Assembly (NCBI GenBank): GCA_022711115.1
Contig: JAKLFP010000008.1
Span: 6,617 to 70,616 of the forward strand
Source: Candidatus Omnitrophota bacterium
Lineage (GTDB): Bacteria; Omnitrophota; Omnitrophia; Omnitrophales; Aquincolibacteriaceae
Reading direction: 5' to 3'
DNA length: 64,000 nt
Shown in pieces: positions 15,001 through 20,521 of this stretch. The position numbers were made by a program, and so were the translations under genes. How positions within the stretch are numbered: the stretch's first letter is position 1; each line of letters starts with the position of its first letter. The notes under the pieces are model-generated. The model was given only the letters and a program-made list of their open reading frames with translations, was not told the DNA's origin and made no database searches.

Positions 15001-17092
15001 GGCGGTCAGGAAATACCGGGAAGGCAAGATCACAGAGGAAGCCTATGAAGAAACGAAAGCGCGTCTGAACCGGCTAGCCAATATCAGGCTGAATAAAGTC
15101 ATCAAGCTTGAGTTTGTGCTTATGATGAAACTACTCGATAACCGACGCTCCATTCGGAAAGTGCTGGATTCTCTGGTCGGTCACTTCGAAGAAAAAGAGC
15201 GAGAGCTTAAATGGCAAAGAATTCGGGAACTTCAAAAACGTAATGTTACGGAAGTGTTTGTGCGCAGCGCCTCCGACGATTACTTAAAAGTCAAATTGCT
15301 TAAAGATCTTGTGAGCCGACAGCGTGCGACTACCGGAGCCATCGAAAGAATCGAAAGCCGTTGGAATCAGCAAGAAACTTATTATTTAGCAACCATCAAG
15401 CAATTGTTCACAGCGTTGATTGATCATGAAAGCGCCGTTACCCAAAATCCAGCTCTTTGGAAAACGAAACTTTTAGATTATTTCAGGATGCGAAAAGTCG
15501 ATTTTAAAGGGAAATCCGATTCAGCAATCGGTGTGAACGATATTGCCGCAGCACTCTATTTGCGTCCCGATGTTGCTCAGGATGTTTTCTTGAGGATCAA
15601 GGCGTGGACGCGTCAAAAAACGGTAAAGGAACAAGAGGAACGAGTCAAAGTGGTCAGCCAACTTGTTCGTGATCTTATCCCGGATGAGGCGAAACACAAG
15701 GAAGGTCTTGAGAGGATCAAATACCGCAATCTTTTCAATTTCTTCCGTTCGCGGGATCATGTAGTTGCCAATTATGATACTGAGCACCGGAGAGCATGGG
15801 AAGCTATCGGATTTCTGACCGATTTAAAATTGCAATTACGCCACTATAAGAAAGAAGCGATTCCGTCATATAAAGTACGTAGTGCTCAACGCGATTTGAG
15901 GCAAGTTACCGATTGGGTGGAACATGGCAAAGTAAGTGAAAAAACTCGCATTAGGGAATTGATGCGGGTGGCTCAGGAAAATCTACAACTTGGGCAATAT
16001 GCGGTAACGATTTCGAAAGTGGAAGAAGCTCAGAGTATTCTGGAAAATGATTTCCTGGTCAGGATTGAGCGTATGAGCCGATTTGTTGCGCGCCACAAGG
16101 AATCCGTAAATTCTGAACTTGGAGCGCCGTTATCTATGATTCGAGCGGGAATCAAACACCGGGATCAAAGAGAATTTAAGAAAGCACTGACAGCATTGAC
16201 CCGCTTTCAGCATCGAAATATTGAAGGTTATACGGCGACCGAAGAAGAACCGGGTTACATACGCGCCAAAACTCGTTTTACTGTCATGATCAAGGCGCTT
16301 GAGAAACCCTTCGCAGAGAATAGACCAGTGAATCCTGCGGATCTCAGAGTAGTTCTCACGAATCTTTACCGCGTGCGCTATGACATCCAGCATAAATATG
16401 AAAAAATCGCAGAAATCGGAACGGAGGCCGACAAAATCAATCAAGAAGTCACGGCCAAGGTCACCCAAGATCTTGCTCTGGCTCGCTCTGAGATGAGGGA
16501 ACAACTACCAGGTGAAGGGCGAATTTCACCGGCATCAAGACCCGGTCTTGAACTTCGGGAGGCATCCGAACCCACGATCAATGTCAATACGATCTCAAAT
16601 ATCCAGGAACCGGTGGTGTTTGTGATTGAGCAGGCGAAGATTGATCAGCTGACGCCGGAGATGTTCAAGGAACTCCTGGCGCTTGCGGCGATCAATAAAG
16701 AAAGACTTCATGTCGTGATCCCTGATGCGTTGCAGGGGAAGTTCAGCGCCCGTGTCGGGGAACTCAAAACAATTGCCCATGTTTATTACGGGAATTTGCC
16801 GGAGGTCGCGAAATCACAAAAAGTCAAAGTGATTGGTTTTTCGCAGTCGGATGAAAATGTTGAGATCTTGAAGGCCCGATTTGGAGAAAGAATTGCGGGA
16901 CGGACTTCAGCTTATTTTACGACGGAGCAAACGGGAAGCTTCGCGGTCGCGTTGCTTTACGCGATCCAGAACATCAAACGGGAACAATTGAAAGTGAAGA
17001 ACGGCTACTTTTACGATGGGACAGGTTGGCTGACGAGCCGTGCACTTGAAATCCTCTGGAATTCCTATACGGTTATCTCCTCGGCAGCATAA
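44..17092 (+). CDS. giant membrane-associated protein of unknown function (>=5682 aa; 5' end probably upstream of window)
   Basis: One uninterrupted ORF of 17 kb in frame 2. The same frame has no stop from nt 2 to the first in-frame start (GTG at 44), so the N-terminus may lie outside the window. Hydrophobic helix-like stretches at about nt 233-290, 338-415, 868-935, 2098-2160, 5395-5480 and 5533-5605. 15 in-frame copies of the R-S-E-[MVIL]-R motif. P/A/K-rich low-complexity linker at about nt 8290-8545. All antisense ORFs inside it are short. I cannot name any domain from the sequence. Confidence 0.8.
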   Translation: MNEITFVVDYGTVGSNKSGTFSVTDLYFFSPPRSEMRSSIPEKEKPLEKIPVGMETKLERVQKIAIYLMRVSFLFLLGRLYLDMVGKSGNPFIDMPLKIPIWLSVSGIAFGYIFSAILFFLIKKHVGEEWSSGTQQLISEKKSQDPIISETEKDNAGQAPADFLKKQDESTPSERSEIRIALNKNTKIPDIAKALTGLPGLEGKDKRRAVARKILEVATTAGDKLIIADLQKIKELAGIATAELEKRFHITQAAPRAPPLSKKTVPQKNFLSFKTMIIPVALAAGVTAAVWLWNTYSPIARAYQTLLEYKNQVPPIPSTITRPGAEHHSIRWHGARMEVIGGAHGSDVGVAALLKLSKNEIMPHPKKWVLVTEGLLDAQKNGKEVLVPDIRIADYLNRTFNIPVEDVIPVLGDPEVVEILMKKTGLPREEILVADMFPRFHDFLSMTAKLLAAKGVGPDRGPSFDQIFAAFLETVRVLYQMPEPEIRRILLKAANDASNSNEVLEKFYGQINLVRVEMLKARNEIAAQRLKALVVKYPGKNFVVMIGALHLPVVGLKSDSFTTDVRLPSQSDIQWLANDIITHSRSEMRSEPVAPGAPRARSELKTESDKFTKAMKRVEVLGNKLTTLISFREDGPGVKKLEQLVEENFFSRRTNFLRSELRMNIKPISEDPFSKNRQVHSSRRQWLFRMGAGAILLSAACWFTVRNINSKNNKKNLPSTSKSMNLLGLYFVNHSSFDQIQPAFDKMDSDIAEYKRIQAGDPELVFFLEYVLSEEGLVQLVEHFSGVKAKDFDDLIQQHRELVEKNYNKLFYALSNQESIDRFFNDTSQVFGQIVQSLRKKYGKRIIFVVERVPFEVWLRCCKAQRFREMVRLDENGDISREWLKNHTSYLQENALVQFPRDEAFNAFMVDVGTRIFPSALKFTFRGLGHRINESLLGRNIKDFRPEDISADYIVREIEQRIRDGADLSSALTMASYYNDNFASSATAISDIRTFNLVTNEFQKNLLNLANESPQAIKKILIESVSIDKDMQHESSLIGKEIIALETSITQKTASGQMVVAEDIKRFSQLEGEFWKIYVAGNERLLGLSRKYNLISQKNYNLLLEANRQLYAKRKVEIFSKLEADLPMGIRQQLPRSEMRAAQEKSETAVVISRFRIDFSDARELQKDLEKIGIAAQAPDAEYIQFKGQDKAVAISDFQALVLAAEKAFGGKLNISVKKDPGSGKNILYAHRGKYPLAASSAEELIITLNRVISAVDLSKTAYLTHSLDITLPKNPAHPLVRELAGWVNHPGTLAQKVPDTDMRKVLLGAMIREHAELVLLDAFGFDAKTIGTIRKEFTQKQPVTAEKLLRFIHRTSMKKTDALMIWVKKYGPSLVRAVINPLIPFYGVLGDVLGEVGRGIADESSGFLEKERDEAVVQELTLWPVLIRTFVELVPEKIPMEAAGFPPKVIQELKGLKDPIVTMAGLDDLVNGPRFKDLKAATQQGILTCLLSVIPQLVSLEAIGVHPKIEEELGGIRINGFIEDGIRNVNELIDAFGNPEKFRLMELPPTTVRNLLLALLYAYPRHTLASLVAPYAGSLTAGDLIAYLAPEPVKEFLFPVLRPVWNSTLDELKAKFMGAEASIRSEMRSTDAITLDLTQEKGHRGVVELPGGMEGRIDFGSGGMYTAKELSGIYLTFKRDPKGAVRVQIIQNGNVKRQTILPGKTGRVIEIQGPMHFDEKVRFVFKNEPNSFFISTNSHWNTTLHYWHATGKFQESSGVFQTPDIPGKVLSKKDNVSTGLKSLGAFKRLFLNLALGFNIYAVGWWIHAFWDRRQSAILSSPVLEMSKETAAVGWLTVGLGTLSIGILSFILYKDFRNSWLISRFKIPKREAGESPRVPPSRSEVRMDHPEHLQLKVRAIAPALRIPSSKTGSGELTLLRLAQRGFTPAEFEAAIVSGQPPEAAVAALHGLRHPEHYWQALRVFFVRAALLHAVSWLSGGREPSVETILEAYLVLRREGRSDQEIFEFLVRRLNNNKVKEKLQATLKITAAQVIREAIEARVWVPEFLEWEQKLRAVVQDDFFTGMLEAQYAPGDFQTAAETALRQPQGEFARSFQQSFEALGIKDVPNAGILNVLRAYYLKAYLAHQKISTDENGTEQPLLGGQTLERGLIVRIYADLRSEGKNDQQVYEFLELALRTQKKAIASGQKSIAVVIEEALKARSEVRSNFRTERSGFQTAPVRAEMRVAAEARSELRSEQPDREKAFITRVLEAAREFGFSGPAALAILMKSIRPEQPARKQAQAVRQVSIEFPMNTPLPEAYQKWLRGEANEPEHVLILKREDAKTPAFVLKRENGKTRDFYFDTFGHNNILLIPYSTPQTGEVGFQIFLTALPVTSQPVKIRDLSLNKDQMIGGIQVKDQRTFLPEPKLWRAAKGSATAGRVGAYQFSDLLSRREGAAFERLMLIALHALTTGQIRSQQSLSTDPLLATYVQPDMIVTLHDRRQILDAKRGKGFENIAKSIMKYLLARDLNPDVLDAGVPIGIVALSSQEMENIRNSFSQFEEGKDYELILADDLVSELATMFPTHQRIGGEQGLTVEEIRQKLGYLRHEGAGEPTEETLAAEITMLNVIIGNLQIPSNGKKPVKTVKELIEIGKTNPDELLGYVRQTESRMDRFGERPLYTQEQLVVLQVNLTEIQAALNAVTGDAEWIREHLAEHEKLREILAVIDALISKIARRINLPAAAVASRERPGIKVASLASKEPVNQLIAEPLKATVPTTAEMKTLSESPKQPVAPAQAIETQPAPLPAEAIATKAEVTAAPALVAPKPETVAKPEKPSKPKAPRPAREQPQGKYESKVNLHLLEPGTSVYESVFGTHQQPKEPLDAVGALSKLLRVWTKRLKPEQDGILIRVQPRNRQAARQWEELGARSLRQHFGNRIADSLSSQTIHLEGIRGESPQGVSAIRIPISEPLDIPGLPEGLDAIHLVEGTGQGFAYLMRNTPHFRLVYERIQKPTFNFNDFQFLISLIRTGELRVLELPAYGFFTAEDMTSFIMNADLPQDIGAFLVSEEEARMIHEKKMKSALKKQKSDLVAAITQEVAAARKKLETALDSKRLAPGALVKLDAAQVKAIEAKIAELDALKIVEELFAIRSELRGDKQGISLEDARQALAEKKAVIEAQINALKLVGTELELFVHQAETLIKKGDQTAMNNWEYPKVLHYQEIRKLTPSDPVIQRLNDLTLSMILEFNEKKDSVSGDFLALMYGMMAVISAISIANEKSFFIEPVATVLKTSDLSGLELLLHATVQLLPLMTLSVSGGTLLTALCLSSEQYAHDRRFKNFVHNFAEMEMKAKFQNKGIIKSDQHRRYLARPEVMAEAVAIAETEYRKAEKPSAQLVVDFLMGHLAANANVEAMMHAMAGRVHEAISASEKITITIDPRRNYEYAREWFEKTQRADPNYPLWGRELLKDQTTENRGSLTAQLSGVPLHKRIFSALLRVPIRADNESCGVLAGALDIFFEVLMNEENHFGQSAGLHSKVSKFSAEHKVLRTFVEKTIAKGNPNYADVEAFRKRMAAWLELAEEIIGAPEFSGDKEKIARQLLKVRKAFTDWFAKHQIPFARIPENPATGNQEYIVVAMREEKSGRVFVGVPSATDFGKEVNSAAAEVSSAEVPVIFMDRDISSLMIEKGLTVIAMPRDSFMAGRDTEMVVFPQSLSGATLESIKLDLQPANKSLAVTALENARAHLLEIQIEAFKRSMEFFRQAYEMLQNESEGHPASREDELTRSFERLEKLWEQVSQSKPASGKSVVPFLEEVETHRKTLIGILQSGVVSRGKGERFLQDWAHHSASDYQFIFPKVITREDQRFGVIGFLDAAGDYYAASREASNRYVYINTAHPGSKPLRFRGGIQEIMLSGGRLVLGRLDTMKAVGEKETAVIMVAQVEGNAPIATRVLNAFLDTSLTLDTESGLLRETNISLVQAMEILRKTAVAPDQREAFQTDLMLVQVSYDGFNEALLAALGQGTVPYREMVKLFEKMASLQSDFETIQERNPSINKQQLNVFAKAALEKFLEWSRKQRVPFMGLVSGAEGKNINLVIGFLGRDGTLYIATQESHRFREVTDRADAKTVSFDNLPSFVRDEGMSILAIPQSALLEPRPEYIVFYPAVELLPSQALASDIPISSESAAQKSEPKSVVFPWDEMELVPAAPEHSQAVYEAFYKKQTFAVDKEVALEGLPIAEKVLAQLRRMHATQRDPFFRAATKGFELMVQALRTAAETGRLSVKLSNQCRTELEPLYSAKNVDDMHKASALKFLLPFAEFWKDHQDALIKRVQGINYRDQESELYHLQGVLGEDGKLYTTTDAMDTFVEITDAAEKKTISLPGRQGLLKALQEGKALILEIHNPMLKPEEMEARLTNLLMLRFKNSPARSEVRGTLTQQFPLGTIEFEFLMLHFLTKLSEDTGYDSEIRGDIFDPPEVWGKVTAEEMDNAVDKLVRAHPAGIAGEEQVSPVSYLFDQTGILVFDRASFLAAFDKMINTEFFDDLMEMAEGFEQAFDDFELEDPRFNVIKAYKAAAERILYFKYHRSEVRIDEAKIKQIVDELLEGDILMQPVDVTNYILRLGPYSSPKAGEVLKSVFKKYGLPEEGSGRSLPPGSPEMKLSFAILNEMIERHRKSWNVEPPGGETQTQGPARSEIRVQTSDVKSPVRFKDLMGSSSVKSSPIPSQDTLLIQVGKYLQGLPEADLNDILHSHGIMFPEGVRARLLKGFKDSTLKQTLLAKFGQTLNQRGVIGLAVSKDWIKRLTKSDKEYQVVWAGKDGKLYLLREFYEYLNNIPNDEERGKVAAALIVRFLIAKEFRQILREEEMPLEGKIRESVRAVEDYVYAARAIALSESQVDLRVRGFVYLQMYERKERFTRYAVPRVDWGSRIIRLETLLGRLYTLRDLLDTQKVVKTEDRETLKDIDESYKLDKDTEVLIRENLQGKSIEQLEEFQKQFSDSYLKIKSGIATAVRKYREGKITEEAYEETKARLNRLANIRLNKVIKLEFVLMMKLLDNRRSIRKVLDSLVGHFEEKERELKWQRIRELQKRNVTEVFVRSASDDYLKVKLLKDLVSRQRATTGAIERIESRWNQQETYYLATIKQLFTALIDHESAVTQNPALWKTKLLDYFRMRKVDFKGKSDSAIGVNDIAAALYLRPDVAQDVFLRIKAWTRQKTVKEQEERVKVVSQLVRDLIPDEAKHKEGLERIKYRNLFNFFRSRDHVVANYDTEHRRAWEAIGFLTDLKLQLRHYKKEAIPSYKVRSAQRDLRQVTDWVEHGKVSEKTRIRELMRVAQENLQLGQYAVTISKVEEAQSILENDFLVRIERMSRFVARHKESVNSELGAPLSMIRAGIKHRDQREFKKALTALTRFQHRNIEGYTATEEEPGYIRAKTRFTVMIKALEKPFAENRPVNPADLRVVLTNLYRVRYDIQHKYEKIAEIGTEADKINQEVTAKVTQDLALARSEMREQLPGEGRISPASRPGLELREASEPTINVNTISNIQEPVVFVIEQAKIDQLTPEMFKELLALAAINKERLHVVIPDALQGKFSARVGELKTIAHVYYGNLPEVAKSQKVKVIGFSQSDENVEILKARFGERIAGRTSAYFTTEQTGSFAVALLYAIQNIKREQLKVKNGYFYDGTGWLTSRALEILWNSYTVISSAA

Positions 17093-17183
17093 AAACAAGC
17101 CAATCGCTGATAGCTTATACCCTATAGTTAAAGTTTTTTGCTATGTGCTATTAGCGAGAGTCTATGGGCCAGTTCATTTGCTT

Positions 17184-17212
17184 CTTTACCGTGAAAATCG
17201 AAATGCTATAAT
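17184..17212 (+). promoter_or_regulatory. putative sigma70-type promoter with extended -10 (TGcTATAAT) upstream of rubrerythrin
   Basis: TATAAT at 17207-17212 preceded by TG at 17204-17205. Weak -35 (CTTTAC/TTTACC) 16-17 nt upstream. Lies about 80 nt before the rbr ATG in a 200-bp intergenic gap. Confidence 0.35.
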
Positions 17213-17293
17213 ACCCACCTATTTCGGAATGGATTCCCCGCAATTTATTCCATGGAAATCTGTTAGGTCGCAAACTTTAAGGAGGAAATATCT

Positions 17294-17881
17294 ATGGCAG
17301 AGTTCAAGGGCAGTAAAACAGCTGAAAATCTCATGAAATCATTCGCCGGCGAATCGCAGGCGCGCATGCGTTATACCTATTACGCCTCGGCGGCGCTTAA
17401 GGAAGGTTATCGCCAGATCTCGAATCTTTTTTTGGAAACCGCGGAGAACGAAAAAGAACATGCCAAGGTTTTTTACAAACACCTCATCAAACACGGCATG
17501 AACGGCATGACACAGGAAATCCATGCTACTTATCCCGTCGCGTTGGGCAACACGCTTCAAAATCTGAAGTCCGCGGCGATGGGGGAGCATGAAGAATGGA
17601 CGGACCTTTATCCCTCTTTTGCCGACGTTGCGGAAAAAGAAGGATTTTCGGACGTGGCCAAAAGTTTCAAGCTGGTAGCCATGGTCGAAAAGCGTCATGA
17701 AGAGCGTTATAACAAACTTTACAACGCTGTGGAACAACATAAGCTTTTTGTTAAGGATGGCAAGGTCTATTGGAAGTGTTTGAACTGCGGTTATATTGTG
17801 GAGGCTTCCAAGGCGCCGGAGCGTTGCCCGACTTGCGATCATCCAAAAGAATTTTTTGAAATCTGGGTGGAGAATTATTAA
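17294..17881 (+). CDS. rbr: rubrerythrin (ferritin-like diiron domain plus C-terminal rubredoxin-like CxxC...CxxC)
   Basis: 195 aa. E..EH diiron ligand pattern ([19 protein letters not shown]). C-terminal CLNCGY...CPTCDHP rubredoxin-like motif. Strong RBS TAAGGAGG about 7 nt upstream. Confidence 0.85.
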   Translation: MAEFKGSKTAENLMKSFAGESQARMRYTYYASAALKEGYRQISNLFLETAENEKEHAKVFYKHLIKHGMNGMTQEIHATYPVALGNTLQNLKSAAMGEHEEWTDLYPSFADVAEKEGFSDVAKSFKLVAMVEKRHEERYNKLYNAVEQHKLFVKDGKVYWKCLNCGYIVEASKAPERCPTCDHPKEFFEIWVENY

Positions 17882-17937
17882 ATCAAAAACCATTTCAACC
17901 TACGCGGTTGGGATAGTTCACGGAGGGAGATAATAAA

Positions 17938-18945
17938 ATGATCTCGTACAAGCAACTTGGTTTCGTTAATACGCGTGAGATGTTCAAGAAAGCCATGGCG
18001 GGCGGTTACGCGGTGCCGGCTTATAACTTCAATAATATGGAACAAATCCAGGCGATCGTCGTTGCTTGCGTGGAAACTCAGTCGCCCGTGATCCTCCAGG
18101 TTTCGAGCGGTGCCCGGAAATACGCCAATCAGATCCTGCTTCAATATATGGGCCAAGGTGCCGTGGAGATGATGAAAGAACATGCCAAGGCCAAAGGGCT
18201 CAAGCCGATTCCGATGGCGCTTCATCTGGACCACGGAGATACCTTCGAACTCGCAAAATCCTGTATCGAGTCTGGATTTTCTTCGGTGATGATCGATGCC
18301 TCGCATTTCCCCTTTGAAAAAAACGTTGAATTAACCAAACAAGTCGTGGATTTCGCGCATCAGAACGACGTAACTGTTGAAGGTGAACTTGGAGTGCTGG
18401 CCGGGATCGAAGATGAAGTCCAAGCCGAACATTCCACGTATACGGATCCCAAAGATGTCATCAAATTTGTCAAGGAAACCGGCGTGGATTCGCTTGCCAT
18501 TTCGATCGGGACTTCCCATGGGGCCAATAAATTTAAGCCTGCGCAATGCACGCGCAACGCCGAAGGAGTGTTGATCCCGCCGCCGCTCCGGTTCGATATT
18601 CTTGAAGAGATCGAAAAAAAGATCCCCGGTTTTGCCATCGTGCTGCATGGTGCCTCTTCGGTACCGGTAGAGGCTGTGAAAATCATCAATGAGAACGGCG
18701 GGGCCTTGAAAGATTCTGTTGGAATTCCAGAAGAACAGCTTCGACAGGCGGCCCGTTCCGCGGTTTGTAAAGTCAACATCGATTCGGACGGCCGTCTTTG
18801 GATGACTGCGGCGATCCGCAAAACATTCAAAGAAAAACCCGCGGAATTCGATCCGCGAAAATATCTCGGACCGGCGCGCGATGCGCTGATTGCCATGTAC
18901 AAACAAAAGAACGAATCGGTGCTTGGTTCGGCCGGCAGGGCTTAA
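17938..18945 (+). CDS. fba: class II fructose-1,6-bisphosphate aldolase
   Basis: 335 aa. N-terminus shows typical class II FBA features (GGYAVPAYNFNNMEQ, LHLDHG zinc site, GELG, SIGTSHG). RBS GGAGGGAG upstream. Confidence 0.85.
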   Translation: MISYKQLGFVNTREMFKKAMAGGYAVPAYNFNNMEQIQAIVVACVETQSPVILQVSSGARKYANQILLQYMGQGAVEMMKEHAKAKGLKPIPMALHLDHGDTFELAKSCIESGFSSVMIDASHFPFEKNVELTKQVVDFAHQNDVTVEGELGVLAGIEDEVQAEHSTYTDPKDVIKFVKETGVDSLAISIGTSHGANKFKPAQCTRNAEGVLIPPPLRFDILEEIEKKIPGFAIVLHGASSVPVEAVKIINENGGALKDSVGIPEEQLRQAARSAVCKVNIDSDGRLWMTAAIRKTFKEKPAEFDPRKYLGPARDALIAMYKQKNESVLGSAGRA

Positions 18946-18969
18946 AGAATCATAAAAAGGAGCATTTCC

Positions 18970-19140
18970 ATGAAAAAAATTATTTTAATCGCAATCGCTT
19001 TCTCATGGCTCTCTTTGCCGTTATTCGCGGAAGAGATTCAAACACAGGATGATCAAACTCAAGAGACGAAGACGCAGGATGAAGTCCCGGCGCCTGTGGC
19101 GGGAATGACAGGGAAACAGTGCCCCTTGACGGCTGGTTGA
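18970..19140 (+). CDS. small secreted peptide (56 aa) with signal peptide; absent from the supplied ORF track because it is under 60 aa
   Basis: ATG at 18970 preceded by AAAAAGGAG RBS. Predicted signal peptide MKKIILIAIAFSWLSLPLFA. Mature part is about 36 aa, acidic and Q/T-rich with a single Cys. Stop TGA at 19138-19140. Confidence 0.45.
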   Translation: MKKIILIAIAFSWLSLPLFAEEIQTQDDQTQETKTQDEVPAPVAGMTGKQCPLTAG

Positions 19141-19226
19141 GCTGTCGGCTGAAAAAGCAGATGATTCCTGTCACCCATCAGCTCGAAGTATCTTAGCGTA
19201 TCGTGTGAAATAAAACGGAGGTTATT

Positions 19227-20483
19227 ATGTTCTCAACGGGCTGCAAGAGAAGAATAAGTATAGGTGTTGCTGTTTTTTTCTTTCTATTCCAGATTACCGC
19301 GTTTGCTGAGATCACGTATAAAGACCTTAAACTTTCGGAAACTTTTTTTCCGAAGCCCGTTTTTGTGACAAGCGTTTCAGTGATCGAGAATCCACAAACG
19401 CCCGGTTTTTTGACATTTTCGTTTCAAGCGCCCAGCGGAGCCTATAAGGCTCAGGGCCTTGTGGCGTACCGCAAACTTCTTCTTGAAACAGAGATCATCC
19501 AGCAGTTGGATACAAACGAAAGTACCAGCGGAGGAGTGGCTCAAGGCGCTGTAGATTCCGTCAAGGATACAGGACGGGGGTTGAAAAATCTGGTGGTGCA
19601 TCCCGTGGATTCCGCGCAGGGTATCGGGCGAGGGGTCGGAAAACTTGGGAGCAAGATCGGCGGGGCTTTCCAGAAAAAAGAAGAAGGGGAGAAGGAAAGC
19701 GCGGGAGATTCTTTTCTGGGTTCCACGAAAAGAGATCTGGCCAAGAAGCTGGGGGTGGATGTTTACAGCCGGAATGAAGAACTTCAAAAGCGTCTTAATT
19801 CTATGGCTAAGGCACGAATGGGAGGGCGCGGAGTTGTGGCCGTTGCGACATTCTTCATGCCCGTGGGGCTTCTTGCCTCCGCAGTGGTGACGGTGAGCAG
19901 CATCAATAGTGCGGCAGACCAGCTTGTCAATGACAACGATAAGGCAGACCTTTACAAGTTAAATGAAAAAGCGCTTTTGGTGCTTGGGTTTCCGCAGGGG
20001 CAGGTAACGCGTTTTTTGAACCATCCTTATTACACACCGCGCGAACTGACTTATTTGCGTTTTTATCTCGAAAAACTCAAAAATGTTTCCGGTTATAGGA
20101 ATATTTTCAGCGCGGCGCTTGATGCTCCGCCCGGAGTCTTTTCGGATCAAGTGCTTTATGAAGCGCAGATCGCTGCCGACGCGATGTCATGGCTTTCCGA
20201 TATTGAAAGGCTCTCCATGCTTCCCGAAGGACTTCTTGTGGAACGTAAAAATGCGGTGATCCTAATCGCAGCCTATGATTATTTGGATGCTTCGGCGTTC
20301 GGGAAAAAGATTGCGGATAAAGTTTACAGCCTGAAGCTCAAACTCGGTAAGAATTCTGCTGAGATCTGGAATGGAGGCGTTGTGTCCGACGGGTATGGCG
20401 GGGCCATGCTGCTGAGGGGCATCAAACTGCGCCGGATGTGTCTTTTCGGGAAAACGGGACTTAATGAACAAATGGCCGTGTAA
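19227..20483 (+). CDS. hypothetical secreted/membrane protein (418 aa)
   Basis: RBS ACGGAGG upstream. N-terminal signal-like hydrophobic segment. Gly-rich region and one internal hydrophobic stretch. No recognisable family. Confidence 0.55.
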   Translation: MFSTGCKRRISIGVAVFFFLFQITAFAEITYKDLKLSETFFPKPVFVTSVSVIENPQTPGFLTFSFQAPSGAYKAQGLVAYRKLLLETEIIQQLDTNESTSGGVAQGAVDSVKDTGRGLKNLVVHPVDSAQGIGRGVGKLGSKIGGAFQKKEEGEKESAGDSFLGSTKRDLAKKLGVDVYSRNEELQKRLNSMAKARMGGRGVVAVATFFMPVGLLASAVVTVSSINSAADQLVNDNDKADLYKLNEKALLVLGFPQGQVTRFLNHPYYTPRELTYLRFYLEKLKNVSGYRNIFSAALDAPPGVFSDQVLYEAQIAADAMSWLSDIERLSMLPEGLLVERKNAVILIAAYDYLDASAFGKKIADKVYSLKLKLGKNSAEIWNGGVVSDGYGGAMLLRGIKLRRMCLFGKTGLNEQMAV

Positions 20484-20521
20484 GAATCTGAACGATTCCA
20501 TTCCGGGAAGTAACGCTGTTC

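Noticed and set aside
140-16498. Possibility that the RSE[MV]R repeats are a DNA-level repeat (recombination site, MITE remnant or palindrome)
   Set aside because: Synonymous codons differ at essentially every copy and the flanking nucleotides are unrelated. An apparent inverted repeat in the copy at 1796-1815 is not reproduced elsewhere. So this is a peptide motif, not a nucleotide element.
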